DNA of 64,000 nucleotides from Anolis carolinensis. Its lineage: Eukaryota. Below the pieces are notes generated by a model. That model was given only the letters and a program-made list of their open reading frames with translations. It did not search any database and was not told the DNA's origin. Below are positions 49,887 through 63,850 of the stretch, piece by piece (the first letter of the stretch is position 1; every line of letters starts with the position of its first letter). A program made the translations under genes and the position numbers. The DNA lies in NCBI RefSeq assembly GCF_035594765.1, contig NC_085841.1, forward strand, positions 14,615,636 through 14,679,635, given 5' to 3'.

Positions 49887-50965
49887 CCTATATGAGTGGA
49901 GAATAATGCTCAACATCCATATTGTAGAATGCTGCTACTCAAAATGGGTTCTCAGCCCATTCGTTGTTGTACAACCAATGCAGCAGATTGAGGTTCAGCC
50001 ATTCCTGCATCAGATGTCAAGAGCCCACCACTGAGAGATGGGCTCTTCACTTGAGAAGTCCTCTTACTCATGAAAAGGACCATGTCCCCTCCTGGTAGTC
50101 TTTACTAAATCAAAAACAGCATATCACCTTGGGATTCTTGCTCACATCTTGCCAATGCTTCCTTTCTTGATTTCCTGTTGTTTCAGGCTGTGTTGTTGAA
50201 GGCCAAGTTAGTCTGTATGGAGAACACATCCTCAGAAGCTTTGGCTTGACAAGCTTTGAAAACACAGGCCCTTCTGATATAATAAGATGGATAACAGCAC
50301 ACTGCTATAAGCATATGTTAATGTCAGGCACCCATCTGCATTCTTTTAAACTTGACATTCAGCTCATTTGCAAATCTGAGTCCTGTTAAAGATTGTAGCT
50401 GCATTCAAGCAATTGCCAGGCCACTGAGAATGGTTATCATGTCACTGTTTGATCTTTGTGGTTTCTATAAATATATATATTCTTGATTATTTTTAAATAA
50501 CCTAAATTATCTGGCCAACAAAAGACACCATAAACCAGTGCTCCCGTTCCAGATGTTAGTGGGTTTTTTAAATAGAAAAGGTCCTGTCAAAACAGCAGCC
50601 AGTGGTTTACAAATTATCATGGAAAATGAAGATTTATTTTTCCAAGCATAATGGTCTTGACGGCTCCCCCAGGGTTTTTAAAAAGCCTGTTCTACATTCA
50701 GAGAGCAGCAATGTAATGGCAAAAGTCTAACCTAGCCAACAATGCCTAATTTGTTTTGACTCTTGTTACTATTGGCTTGACAGTATGAAGGTGTTTTTTT
50801 TAAAAACCCACACACATATTGCAGAATTGGAGAAGAAAATGTGAGCAGGCTGAGCACAAGAATTAGTTTGGATCCTGATTTTGGTGTTTCAGGAAAAATC
50901 TCCCCCAGCTCAATTCAACATGGACTAATTTGGACAAGGTCTGAAACAGTATAGATGTACCCTCA

Positions 50966-51154
50966 GGGTTCATCTACACTGTAGAATTAATGCAGTTTGG
51001 CAATGCTATAGAATCCGGTGAGTTGTAGTTTGATGAGGTACCATCACTCCTTGGCAGAGAAAGCTAAAAAGCTTCTAAAAGTTAAACTGTCCTGATTTTA
51101 TAGCCTTGAGCCATGGCAATCAAGCTGCATTAATTCTACAGTGTAGATGCACCC
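50966..51154. mobile_element. Palindromic MITE (PIF/Harbinger-like)
   Basis: TIR GGGTTCATCTACACTGTAGAATTAATGCAG / CTGCATTAATTCTACAGTGTAGATGCACCC; related copies at ~47625-47790 and ~56665-56865. Confidence 0.75.
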
Positions 51155-52759
51155 AAGGTGCCAAATAATACAGCATAGAGTTGCATTCATCTGTACATAA
51201 TGCATGCTGGCTAATGCAATTTAACCCTGGGTAAACTGCTTAATTTGGCTGTATCCCAGGTTAAAAAGAAAACACAGGGGAAGGTCTAAATTCTGTTACA
51301 GGATTCAGATCTTCCCTTGTGCTGTGTCAGTGGAGACAGCCATCCCAGATCCATATGCAGAATCCAGGATCACTGTTTCCACAGCCATCCCACACTCCCT
51401 GGACTCAGACAAGCCAGGTTGGATAACAATCCCTTCCTGCTCTCTAAACCCCCCATTTTGCTCCTGGGAAGAGAGGGAAGGGGGTTGCTCTTCCCAGGTT
51501 CCTTTGCCCATCACATGGCACAGAACCAGGAAAAGGAGGCTGATACTATGCAGCAGGTCTTTTTCTTGCTTCTCCAGAGGAAAATCAGGGGTACAGCCTA
51601 TGGAAACCAAGCCTATGCCCAGCCCTGCCAAACTGACTTTGGCATGGCTGGGCCATTGGACCAGTGTCTTGCCACAAATGCAACTCAGAACTCCCTTCTG
51701 TGGCCTTAATGCAGCTGGGAACCAGCATTTTTCCTACCAGTTCTGAGCCACATTATGTGCTTGTGTAGAAGGACCATTCGTTTCTTCTCAAATGAAACAA
51801 TTAGTAAACTTTGTCTTCCTGCCTTGAGAAAGTCTTTGAAGTTTTTGAAGACTATTCTTGATTTACTACCTATTCTGTCAAAAATTGCATACAGTTCTTT
51901 TTAAATCTGGGATGCAGCCACATTAAGCAGCTTATCCTGGGTTAAATCACATTACCTTGCATGCTTTGTGTGCAGGTGAAAGCATTTTCTGCAAGAAAAT
52001 AATGTCTATGCAGAACTATTTCCCATGCAGAAATTCTGCTTTCTGCACAGAAAATGTTGTTTTCTTTTGCAAGCAACCATGTGCAAATTTTGTACGGAAT
52101 GAACCCCTGCTTATAGCATTTTAGCTTAGGAAACAGTTTTTTCTTAGCAGGAAAAATATTTCTACAACTTGAAGTTACGTATCAGCAGAAACAAAGCAAA
52201 TAATGAAGAAGAGTAGAGGAAAACGGAAGATATATATCCAATAGCATAGCATAACTCTATCCTATGCATTGTCATTTGAAATTAGTGGTGAGACTGTTGT
52301 TGAAGCTTGAATAATCCATCAGAAAACTACAGTACCATGCATGAGTACGTACTGATGATCCTTTCATTATATTGTAATACTGGAGGCAGTATGTTTGGAT
52401 GTTTATCTTTCTCATTTTTTAAATATCTTGGTTTCTGAATCACTTAACCTTTCCAGGTCACTTTCCATGTTCCAATCCTATATGATAGAAATTTGGACAG
52501 ATGGCTATCCAGCCCCTGTTTGAAAACCTCCAGAGAAGGATACTCCACCTCTATCTTTTTTTTTATTTCTTGACGAGAGTCTTCAGATATTGATTAATGA
52601 CTAATATTGATTAATATATATGCAGTCTTTAATCATGGGTGCATTTGCACTGCAGAATTAGGGTGATAATCTTGAGTGCTTTGATGATGTGTTTCTGTAA
52701 TGCAGGGAATTGGACAACATGCCCCTTGTGGTCTCTTTCAACTTTATGATTCTATGATT

Positions 52760-53340
52760 CTATTTCTACTCAACCACATTCGACAGAAAGAGTGCACATC
52801 ATACTTTGGTAATGGTATTGAAGTCTTGATTTCATAGATGGTGGTTGATGCTTCGTAATCATTTTCTAGCTATTCAAAGAATTGACTTTTGTCACTCCGG
52901 GCACTGATTGGTGGAGACTTGCAGTCTGATGCTGCAGCTGATTGTCCTTGTCTGGCAGGAAATTTTATAAACTGTTGTTGCTCAGTTTGAAGCTTGTGGC
53001 TGTTTTCTGTGTCTGCCTTCTTTGGATATGTGAGAAAAGGAATGCGAGGAAAGGAATATGGGCAGGGTCCAGAGCTGATGGTTTTTGATGGCTTTAATGC
53101 TGTCTCATAATGCTGATCTCATAATGGGTTCAGGCTGGGGAAATTATGGGTGCTGGACCACTTTGATGAGTTTCCAGAGAGAGAAGGGCAAGGTCTTGGG
53201 TGACTTGGTGACTTTTCCAGCTAGCCAGGGATTAATTCATTGTTGGGTTGAAGGGTTCATTGTTTGGCCAGGAAAGATGGGCACCAGGTGATTGTGTCAA
53301 CCGCCTGTAGGAGTAATGAGATTAGCTCTTTGTCATCGTC
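52760..53340 (-). mobile_element. Old L2-like LINE ORF2 fragment
   Basis: Minus-strand pieces such as VDTITWCPSF..QTMNPSTQQ and KTISCSIRLQVS..DKSQFFE resemble the L2 EN-RT linker; heavily decayed. Confidence 0.45.
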
Positions 53341-54861
53341 TCCCTATGAAGTGCATGTGTATGTATATGTATATGGGGTCATCAGCCAGCAGGACCCCCT
53401 GAGACCATCTAATCGGATCTCTCCAAGTTGTGGATTTTTGGGTCCTGGGTTTCAATAAAACACCCAACTCTGATTCTCTCTAACACACACTAACACATAC
53501 ACACACAGATTTCAAACAGTCAAATTGGTTATTTTAAAATGTTTCCATCACAAGCTGAATGTAATTTTATCTCTCCATTGCATCATGGGCTTGTAGTCTT
53601 ATTGGTGCATAATTCTCATCACCAGCTCCAAATAGATCGAGAACATTTTGAGAATGAAATCTATATTGGGACGTGCATTTTTAAAATCCAGGTTTAAGTT
53701 GTTCACTGCCAGTTCAGACATTACTAAAATAATAATGAATACTTGGCACAGTGACAAACACAATGGGAAAGTTTAAGGATCATTCCACTTAACTGAAATG
53801 ACCATCCCTTGCATGTATAAAGGCATATCTGCTGTGCTATATTAATTTTAGTCTATGGGTGGCAGTCCTTTTCTAAATTTCATCCATGATGATTAGATTC
53901 CAGCATTTACTGCTTTAAAACTGAGATTTTTTTTTCTGTTAGTAACATACAGGAAGATCTTAATAAGCTCACTGCTAATTACGTACTAGTATGTGTATAC
54001 TATGTGTATAGGTTTATTTGTGAGGTTGTTTGTTGGTTACATCCTGCTACATCCTGAACAGATATTAAGTGAAGGTTAATACAGTGTAGCATTTTTTTTA
54101 AAAAAAGGAATGACCCCACTGGGACTTCATAGTAGACTAGACATGTGTCATGCAAATGTCAAATGTAGAGATCTGCAGGGAAAAGGCAGGGAACATAACA
54201 TAGATCAAAGAATTACAATGTTCCACATAACGTAATCTTTTTATTTATCTAGTGCAGTGCAATCCATAGGTAGCTTATGGCCCCCACAATCATTTTATGA
54301 CCCCAAGGATTATTTTCCGCAAAAATGATCTCCATGTTTCTACAACCCCAGGCATTTTGGGCCCAAAAGAGACCTCTTAAAGCAATAGGGTGTAAATAGG
54401 AAGTGACATCTGTCCACCTAACTGTCCTCTTGCCCAACTGAGAAGCACAGGACATTTTAAAAGTCAACAACAAAACACTTTACTATTAAAGGGTTTATTT
54501 TCACCATTTTCCTAAAACCTCACAAATGTTGGAAGATGACACGGATTAAGATGTTCAGTGTTACCAAAGTCATGGTCCACAAGACTATAAATAAAAGAGC
54601 TTATGAATAATTTAGTTTACTGTCATCACCAAGAGACAAAAACAGAAGAACTACCTTGGAATGAACTAAGGAAATAGTGGCACTCATGGAAAATTGGTGG
54701 AGGGTTTAGGACGATTCTTTTAAAAGCAGATGAAAGACCCTCTCCACATCCTAACTGCTACTGCTCTGGCCTCAGATTGAGAAACAAAGAAGTAGTGTCT
54801 ACTGGACTATTCCCTTCCTTACTGCCATTTCTTTTTCCCTGCTCTGTTGCATCTTATTTCG

Positions 54862-55848
54862 TGTTCCACCCCAAGGTTACAGGAGCATCCAGAAAACCAG
54901 ACAGGAGCCAGTATCACACGCAAGCAGTTTATTAAGGTGTGTGTGTATATATATCTATATATCTATATATCTATGTGTGTGTGCAGTTAACGTAAAAAGT
55001 CAGTATGAGAAATAGTCTTTAATGTAGAGTCTTTACCAGTTCAAAATAAGTTCAGCAATGTCCCAATTGTAATCAACAAGTGAAACTCACTAGTTCTACC
55101 AAGAAATCAAAGTTAGTCCATACACCAGGAAACAGGAACAAAACGCTGCAAAACTGCAAACTGTAATCCACTTGGAGAGTCCCGTTTCAGGAACAGGAAT
55201 AACAAGTTAAATGAGGCAAGGTCTACACAAGAGTCACTGGCGCAGCGTGGCTCAGCTGGAAAGTATTGACTCAGGAACAAGGAAAGAAAGGTAAACAAGG
55301 CAAGGTCTACTCGGAAGTCACAGGCGCGGCGCGGTTTGTCTGGAACTGGAAACCCGTCACGGATACAAGGCAAGTCTAGGAGCTGGATATTGGAACCTCT
55401 TCCAAGGAAAGTAAAGTTGACACCGCAAAGAGAAACACAAAGAGCAACACCTTTATGGAGATCCCAAGGTTGCAAGATTAAGGGAGTACAGGACCCACAG
55501 AACTTCACATGGGAAAGTTAGCCATTATCAAGTCTGAGAGCTACCCTTTTACTTCTTCACACACCCTCTCTCCTGCTCCTATCTCTTGTAAAAGCCTCCC
55601 TCCAATTAAAAGGCCCATCTTCACCCAAATCAACACCATCTGGTACAGGCAAGATTGACGAGGCCTCGGAATGCTCTCCAATTAGCGGATCCTCTGGTGC
55701 AACAACACCTGGCAGTTGCAAGGCCAAGGGGCCTCGTACCGGGTCTGGAATGTCTCCTAGATCCATAGCATAATCTGTTTCCAAATCCATCTCCTGAAAT
55801 ATAGGCCACGATGGCTGAGCTATAGGCCGTGATGGCTGAGCTATAACA
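54862..55848 (-). mobile_element. Probable solo LTR (Gypsy-like), left boundary uncertain
   Basis: Minus strand starts TGTTATAGC; minus-strand AATAAA at ~54928; internal ~63-bp direct repeats (AGGCAAGGTCTAC...GTCAC.GGCGC); 21-bp tandem at 55801-55845; no clean TSD. Confidence 0.55.
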
Positions 55849-55930
55849 TTTATATTGTAAACCTGAATTAAAGAATTACAAGCTGCTCTGAGAGCCCGAG
55901 GCTGAAAACCAGGGAATAGATACTCTAAAT

Positions 55931-56649
55931 CAGGGGTCCTCAAACTTTTAAAGCAAAGGGCCGGTCTACAATCCTTCAGACTGTTGAGGGGCCAAATTAT
56001 CATTTGAAAAAGAAATACGAACAAACCCCTATGCACACTGCACATGTCTTATTTGTAGTGCAAAACAACAACAATGAAAGAACAATAAAAACAACATTTA
56101 AAAATGAAAACAATCTTAACCAACATAAACCTATCAGGATTTCAATGGAAAGCGTGGGCCTGCTTCTGGCCAATGAGATAGTCAAGTTAATTAGGATTGT
56201 TGTTGTTGTGTGCCTTCAAGTCATTTCAGAATTTGGGTGAGCCTTAAGTCTAAAATTAATTATTTATTTACTTACTAAATTTATTTACTACATTTATATC
56301 CCACCCTTCTTACCCCGAAGGGGACTCAGAGCAGCTGTATGTACATACAATATATTATATTATTAGCATTGCACAATATTAGCATTATACATTACTATAT
56401 TGAACTATACCACTATACTGTAATACTATATGTAATATATAACATATAATAAATATTATTATATGGTAGTATTATTATTAATATTATAATGTATAACATT
56501 ATAATATTTTTATCAATATTATATGTATATACACTATATTATATTATTAAAACTGATATAAAAATATATTATAAAACTGAGGGTGGGGGCCAGGTAAATG
56601 ACCTTGGAGGGCCACATCCGGCCCCCGGGCCTTAGTTTGGGGACCCCTG
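55931..56649. mobile_element. Non-autonomous hAT element (719 bp)
   Basis: TIR CAGGGGTCCTCAAACT / AGTTTGGGGACCCCTG (15/16); perfect 8-bp TSD CTCTAAAT. Confidence 0.92.
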
Positions 56650-57889
56650 CTCTAAATAATAAATGAATCTACACTGTAGAATGAATGCACTTTGATACCA
56701 TTTTAGCTTTAATTGTTAAATGTTGTAGAACCTGGGATTTGCAATTTGGTGAGGCACCAGAGAAGGTGAAAGATCTTATATAACTGCAGTTTTCATGACT
56801 TCATAGCATGAGCCATGACAGTTAAAGTGGTGTAAAGCTACATTAATTCTACAGTGTAAATGCACTCTGAGAGAGTCTAATGCACTCCCCCCCTTATCTT
56901 TCATAGTTGTTTACTCCTGTACTAGAACTACAGATAATAGATAGGGGAAGATCCTAGAAGACATTTGCCAAGCTCCTCTTTAAAAATGATGGAAGACAGC
57001 CAACAGAACTGTACTGGGTCTTGAATGATGGAGTATTTATGGTGACAGTGGACAACAATGCATAGAATTAAAGTTTCCCTGGAGGTCTCCCAGCATGCCA
57101 AGTGGTAGATCTCCACACTACCACTATACAGAGTAGTAGAGTCAAGAAATAAGTACTTAGCATGCATAAGAATAACTGTATACTTCCTTGTCTGACATCC
57201 AAGAAGGATTTATGTTTACATAACCGCTGCTAAACAAATATAAGTCTCCAAGAAGCGTGAAGTCCAGTTCCACATGAACTCAATCAACATTCTGCAAAAT
57301 AAATTGAATTACCAGTTTGAAAAAGGAAGAAACTAAATTAGTGAAGCATTTTTAAAAGCTAATTTTGAAAGCTAATACAGCCAATAGGATGGTACGTCAG
57401 GCCCCATCTACACTGCCATATAGGGCCAATTGAAGTGCATTGAACTGGATTGTATGAGTTTACGCTGCCACTTAATCCAGTTCAATGCAGTTAATCTGCA
57501 TTCTGGAACTGGATGATATGACAGTTTAGATGGGGTCTCAGTGTGTCATGGAGACACATATGTTCCATGTAGAAACATAATACTTCACTTTTCAACTCCT
57601 CCTCAAAATGAAAAACTCAAAGTGGTTAAAGAGAGACCCAAAGAACAAAGAGAATATTTAACCACTAAAAGATTTCCACAGAAAGAGTGGCAAACTTTAT
57701 ACTAATTGAATTAAATCGACCTGAACCAAAGATTTTTTGAAAGGTAAAGTTTGCAGTTTCCAGTGAAACACAAATACACAGAGACAGGATGTAATCTCTA
57801 TTACATTGCCAGCAATCCTGCCTCTGAAAGTAACACACATACAAGAAGTTGCAGTAGGTGATGGTAAAAGATGGGTCCAGGAAAAGAGA

Positions 57890-58150
57890 TAGATGTTCAA
57901 GGATCCCAGTCCCAAGCTGTTGAGATCTTAAAAGATAATGACCAACAACTTGACTTGCACTCGGAAATGAATTGATCGCTATCTATCTGATACAGGAAAG
58001 AATAAAAGGATCTTGACTTTGCCCAGTTGAGATTTTTGTGGCAACTTTCTGCACAAATTGTGGATTCTGAGTGGTTTTGAAGAGCAACATTACATGGTGT
58101 GAGTTATTGTAGTTCAGATGAGATGTGACTAACGTGTGCAAGAGAACGGC
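57890..58150 (-). mobile_element. L2 LINE ORF2 C-terminal fragment
   Basis: HTLVTSHLNYNNS..MLLFKTTQNPQFVQKVATK matches the L2 motif HALVTSRLDYCN..LQLVQNAAAR. Confidence 0.75.
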
Positions 58151-60009
58151 CACTTCTGACTGTTGCTGGAATGGGCATTGTTCATTCACTAGCAGAAGAT
58201 AGGTAAAAGCCTTTGACTTTTGACCATGGGATATTTATTCATCCATGGGTCTCAGAGCAGTGAACAACAAAATCAGTTCAAACACTTTAAAAAAAAAATC
58301 AAGTTCAAAGCAATACAAAATATATTACAGCTGAAGCCCAGATTCAACTATATGTTTTAAACAAAGAAGTGCCACCTTTGAAATTAACAGAACGAAGTTG
58401 GTAGCATAAATTTTCACAGTCTATTCCACCAGATGCATGGAGTGAAGTGCCTAGGGAAAGATATTTATTCCTATGAATGAGCAGATTGTGTGTGTGAATA
58501 GCAATAGAAATGCAAAACTTGTGGGTATGGAGATGAGGTGACAAGTTCAATTTTAATGATGGTTGTAGGGGGACAAAAGCAGGAGGAAAGATATTGCCTA
58601 AAGCCAAGGTGAGTAGATAACTATATGAATAGTGGAGGGAGTTATTGGAATGCAGTATGATGCTAGCTAGGAACCAGAAAGAAAATGTGATTAAATGAAC
58701 AAGAGTGTTCTAGTGTTAAAATATGTGCTGGGTGCCAGGAATTACAACACAGTTCAGCTCTGTGCTCATACAGTGTGGCATGCTGCATAGAGGGTGCTGT
58801 TTTTGTTAAACTCCAATGGAGAGAAGCCAGGTGGCTGTATGTCAGGTGTGATTGACTATGCCAAGACATGGAGTGTCAGGGCCAAAGTTAGAGACTATTA
58901 AGTTCTTCCCACATCTTTTGCTCCTTCTCTTTGTTGTCAAAGTTCAAGCACTGAAGGAGAGAGAAGGTGGCAATGGTTTCATTGCCACTTTGACTTTGAT
59001 GGTGATGGTTCAGATAGCAGGTGTCAGCTCTGCTCAGTTGTGTGCTTCACTACTGAAGGAATGGGACGGTGGATGAGTATGCCAGGCAATCTTGCCACAC
59101 AAATGTGGTCAAGCAGCAAGCAAGCATGATGGCCATTCCTAGTACATGATTGTGCATCAATACCACCTCAGATGTTTGGCAGAGTGCAGAATCAGTTGGC
59201 AGGTGGGCACATTGAACATGTTTGCTATGTGACTGTGCCTCATTGACATCTTGTGATGACCTTGGTGGCTGAGGAGTGGGGGATCTGGTGGTGTGCATGC
59301 TCTGCATTCCAATAACTCTACTCCACTATTCATATAGTCTTGCTGCATGATCATGTACTGCTTGCAAGTATAGGTGTTGAAGAATGAAACAAGTGAGGGG
59401 TCTTGGCTAAAGGGATATGGCAAATTGTCTCAGTCTCATGACTACATTTTGGTGGCATAATTGGGGCGCACACCACTTGTGTCTCCAGAGTAAACAGCCA
59501 TTAACTCCTGGAGAATTGTCTAGTCCTAGCCAATTTTAGTTAGTTCTTGTAAGGTTTGTTGAGACCTGCTAGGCTAGGAACAGTTTGCCTGTTAGTCAGT
59601 GGACTCTGTGAGGCCTGTGATTGACCTGTTTCATGGTCAGCCCTAATAGGCCCCATTAATTCCCATCAGCCCTAGCCACATAACCAATGCAACCTATTTC
59701 TCTTTCCAGGAAACCTGTGGTTCTCTATCTACACAACAAGCCAAGTTATGATTGTCATCTGAACATTTCCTTTCATACCTGAAGTAACCTTGCCCTAAAC
59801 AATTCCAAGAAGCTTCGGTCTATTTTTATTATCTTAATTTCTGTCTCTTTATCTCCTAATATCATTTCCCACAAGTAAATGTCAGCAGTTATGACTGAAT
59901 TTTCACTCTTGACTGAACAGTTGAGCTAGATTGAATGTTTGAAGCAACATTTCATGGGGTGAATACCAAAATAAATATACACACACTTGCACGCACAGCA
60001 GAGAACAAA

Positions 60010-60675
60010 AGCATTCGTCCACTTGATTTTACAGCCAAGAATCACAGATACAGCATAAATCCACTATCAGGGAGATATAATTAGTAAAACTTGAACAGGA
60101 GTACATGAACAGGAACATAGAAAACTTCCAGGATATATTAAATCCAAAATCAGAGCTTGACTTGAACCAGGAACAAGAGAACTCAGGCTTAGCTTCTCAC
60201 TCTAATGAAGCATTGCCTGAACTGACCTTAAGGTAAACAACTTGTTGCTTAACTGACCTTAAGGTAAACAACTTGTTGCCATGAAAGCTTTCTGTTTCCC
60301 GTGAATTTCTTTCACAACTTTCCCACATAATCTCTCAGAACAATGTAATCTATTTTTTGGTTCTGATTTGTAAATTAAGACCTTTGTTGATCTCTGTAGC
60401 TGCAGGTGGGTTCCCAGGGGATCCCTCCTTATCACTCAGCTCTTCCCTTGATTCCTTATCTGCTGTTGCTACATCTGATTTCCCTGAATGCCCTTGAAAC
60501 CCTGCACTTTCCGAGCCAGTTTTCTCACAAAGAGAACCATCATTTCCCAGACTTGAGGGCCCATCACTTTGTGCCACATGAAAGCTCACAATTATCTGAA
60601 TAATTCACAGTAAAGCTTACAGTCCTCTCTAAATCATCAGTTCAAACATCAGCCTCTGGTGACTGATCTACAACA
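60010..60675 (-). mobile_element. Probable solo or partial LTR (Gypsy-like)
   Basis: Minus strand starts TGTTGTAGATC at 60675; layout resembles 54862-55848; 31-bp tandem duplication at 60220-60279. Confidence 0.45.
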
Positions 60676-60969
60676 AACCCTATAGTACAATCTTGATTGA
60701 ATATCGGATCTAGTTTGACCAAGACTTTTAATAACTATCCAATTTGGGACCTGGAAGCATAAATTTAAGTTCTTCCTTATGTGGATTGTTCATATCATAG
60801 AGTTGGAAGAGATTCCAAGAATCATCCAATCCACTCTCCTTTCTATGAAGAAATCTAATTCTAAGGCACTTCTAATAGGTGGCCATCTAAGTTCTGAAAA
60901 ATTTTCACTGTAGGACAATCCACCACTTTTGAAGTTCATCCTTGGTTATCACCATTATTATCATCATCA

Positions 60970-61099
60970 NNNNNNNNNNNNNNNNNNNNNNNNNNNNNNN
61001 NNNNNNNNNNNNNNNNNNNNNNNNNNNNNNNNNNNNNNNNNNNNNNNNNNNNNNNNNNNNNNNNNNNNNNNNNNNNNNNNNNNNNNNNNNNNNNNNNNN
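60970..61099. other. Assembly gap (N run)
   Basis: Run of n. Confidence 1.
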
Positions 61100-61151
61100 T
61101 TTTATTTAGTAAAATTTTATTTATCTAATTTGTAAATATTGTATATACAGA

Positions 61152-61683
61152 CTAGCTGTGCCCAGCCACACGTTGCTGTGGCGTTGTCTGGTGGTGTTGG
61201 TGAGAAATTATTGAGGTAGTGGTGGTATTGAATGTCTGTTGTATGGTTGTCTTTATGTTTAGTATGCATCTGGTTGTTTGTGTACTGTGAAAGTGGTGAG
61301 GGTAGAGGGGGGTCTATGTCCCTGTGTAGTATTGTATAGTATTTATACGTTGTCTCTGTGTTGTGAATGCTTGGATTGTGTCCTGCTGTATAGTAGAAAG
61401 GGTTGGGCTGGATGGCCCTTAGGGGTCTCTCCAAACTCTTGTGCCTGTCCCCTGGGCTGAGTAGGTTTCTAGGAGACCAAGTGGGTGGAACTTAGCCTTC
61501 TAACTGGCAGCAATTGGATAAAAACAATTATTCCTCTCCCTCTAATTAGGACTTCATTTTTCTTTTCTTTTTGTTGTATCAACCTAGAGCCGTGGATGAT
61601 GGGTTGTGTTGTCAAATTTCAAGGTTGGGGGCCTGTAGTTTTGTTGTTTTGTCCGCTGCCCTGATGCCATCACTCTTTTATAT

Positions 61684-61688
<5 letters not shown>
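61152..61688 (-). mobile_element. Non-autonomous Helitron
   Basis: Minus strand: A|TCTATATATAAAAG 5' end; 3' hairpin GCCACA-GCAACG-TGTGGC, then CTAG|T; A/T insertion site, no TSD. Confidence 0.82.

Positions 61689-61734
<46 letters not shown>
61687..61734. repeat. (GATA)n microsatellite at the Helitron 5' terminus
   Basis: 12 GATA units. Confidence 0.95.
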
Positions 61735-61769
61735 TCAAGAAACATGGGGGGGCACCCACACAAAAACTC

Positions 61770-62699
61770 ACTCTGAATTCTGTAATGCTTGGAAGTCTAT
61801 CAAAGTCAGTTTCATTTTCAGTACAAGTAAGGGAAGCCCAAAAGGCTGCTATTCCTTTTTATATTAATGGCCTCTCACTATGAAGAGAGGAAAGCAGCAG
61901 GGCGGGGTAAGCTGAGTGAGCTGGGAAAGAGACTGAGAGCATTCAGAATGCTGGGTAAAGTAGTTTGGGAAGGCAAGAAGCCCTATGGCAGAGAATTCAA
62001 TAGGCTCTGAAACTACATTCCACAGAATTCTGCTCAGTGTCAGAAAGCTCCAATTAAGATAGGGGAGAGATTTTTCCCTCCTAGCAGCAGCCAGAGTTCC
62101 AATAAATTGTTGAATCTGTAAAGAGGAGAATTGCCTGATACTTCAATACAAGTAAGTAAATCAGTGCTGGGCTGGGAAGAAATCCCTAAGTTGAAGTTCT
62201 ATCGGTTATTATGAGAGATATTCAATGAGATATATGTGGTGGCTTTTTAAAAAAAGTATCAAAAAATCAGTATATGTATGAATATTTTTGAAACTTGGGG
62301 GAAGGAGCACCTGTTATATTGTGTCATTGTATCAAAAATTCAAGGAGTTCACTCTTGGAGTTTTTAAAAATATTATTTGTAAAAGCTTTGAAAATTCCCC
62401 AAAGATGCATGATTGAGTGAAATGTTCTGAAACTTGATTTCCTAACAGTAGTAAATGTGTTCTACAAGTGTAGCACGTTTCATGTGAATAACTGTAACAG
62501 TGAGGGAGAAAGGTGCCCCAAAAGTTTCCCCATTGGCACAATTAATTACTTAATGAAAAGTACCAAAAAAGTAGTTAACTCATTATAGGTACGATACAGA
62601 CTCCATCCAAATTCGGAAACACTTTAAAAATAATAATTTTCCCCACCCCTAATTTTATAATGAGTATTGAAACATTTTTTTAATTAATTGCACATGCTA
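61770..62699 (-). mobile_element. Uninterrupted copy of the ~0.95-kb DNA-transposon-like repeat
   Basis: Reverse-complement similarity to both 10855-11278 and 18129-18670. Confidence 0.7.
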
Positions 62700-63026
62700 A
62701 TATATATAAAGAGAGAAAGAGGGGGGTGTATATATACACACACAGAGGGGTATGTTTGGGGGAGCTGTCTATGTACATGAGGCTGTAAAACAATGAAAGA
62801 TAGTGGATCTTGTCAAAGGAGTATAATCTAAAATATGTGTCTGTGTTTGTGTTTGTGTATATGTATATGCATATAGATACATGCACATACAAAGACAGAC
62901 GGAAGGAATAATACAATATAAATCAATGTAATCTAATTGCAACACAAATTATCCAGGTAAAAAACAGTACAAATTGAGACAAAAATGCAATATAATGCAA
63001 AATGACTACTGCATGTAATCAAAATA

Positions 63027-63349
63027 CAGTAGAGTCTCACTAATCCAAGCCTCGCTTATCCAAGCCTCTGGATAATCCAAGCCATTTTTGTAGTCAATGT
63101 TTTCAATATATCATGATATTTTGGTGCTAAATTCGTAAATAGTGTAATTACAACATAACATTACTGTGTATTGAACTACTTTTTCTGTCAAATTTGTTGT
63201 ATAACATGAAGTTTTGGTACTTAATTTGTAAAATCATAATCTAATTTGATGTTTAATAAGCATTTTCTTAATCCCTCCTTATTATCCAAGATATTCGCTT
63301 ATCCAAGCTTCTGCCGGCCCATTTAGCTTGGATAAGTGAGACTCTACTG
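63027..63349. mobile_element. Tc1/mariner MITE (323 bp)
   Basis: TIR CAGTAGAGTCTCACTAATCCAAGC / GCTTGGATAAGTGAGACTCTACTG; TA TSD. Confidence 0.92.
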
Positions 63350-63429
63350 TATGTAAGATACTAAAACAATATTAAACTACAATTCCAAAAGTTTTGGAAA
63401 AGTATTTAATTGAAATTTTAAAATAATGG

Positions 63430-63850
63430 GGAAAGGAACCATTCACAAAAGTTCAGGGAGGCAATTCCAAGAATGAAAAAGGATAAAGCCAAGCCATGGA
63501 AAAATCTTGGTTGGATGTGAAATCTAGAATTCTTGGAATGCAGTTCTGAAGCAGGATAAGGACTAAAAATAGGAAAGTAAGGATCAGCTAAGTTGTGTAG
63601 TGTTTTGAATAAAAAGCTTGTACTGCATCTGGAAGGAGTGGGTAACCCATGAAGAGATGTCAAAAATGTGATAGCATGATCAAAATAACAGGCTGAAAAG
63701 ATAATTTTAGCAGCAGAATGGTGAATGGAAACCAGAGAACTGAGCAGAGATAATGGAAGTTCAGTTAAAAGAAGATTACAATAATCAAGGCAGGAAGTGG
63801 CAAAGACATGAACTAAGGTCATAGGAGAAGAAGCAGAAAGAAAATGTTAT
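63430..63850 (-). mobile_element. L2 LINE ORF2 C-terminal fragment
   Basis: LVHVFATSCLDYCNLLLTELP...HSAAKII...DHAITFLTSLHGLP...FKTLHNLA. Confidence 0.85.

Noticed and set aside
49507-51746. ORFs of 100-175 aa at 49.2-50.0 kb and 51.3-51.7 kb as host exons
   Set aside because: Overlap repeat fragments, no protein motifs, no consistent splice pattern
58690-59420. Possible ancient LINE endonuclease fragment (LLDHICV-like on the minus strand)
   Set aside because: Only one weak motif; too decayed to support
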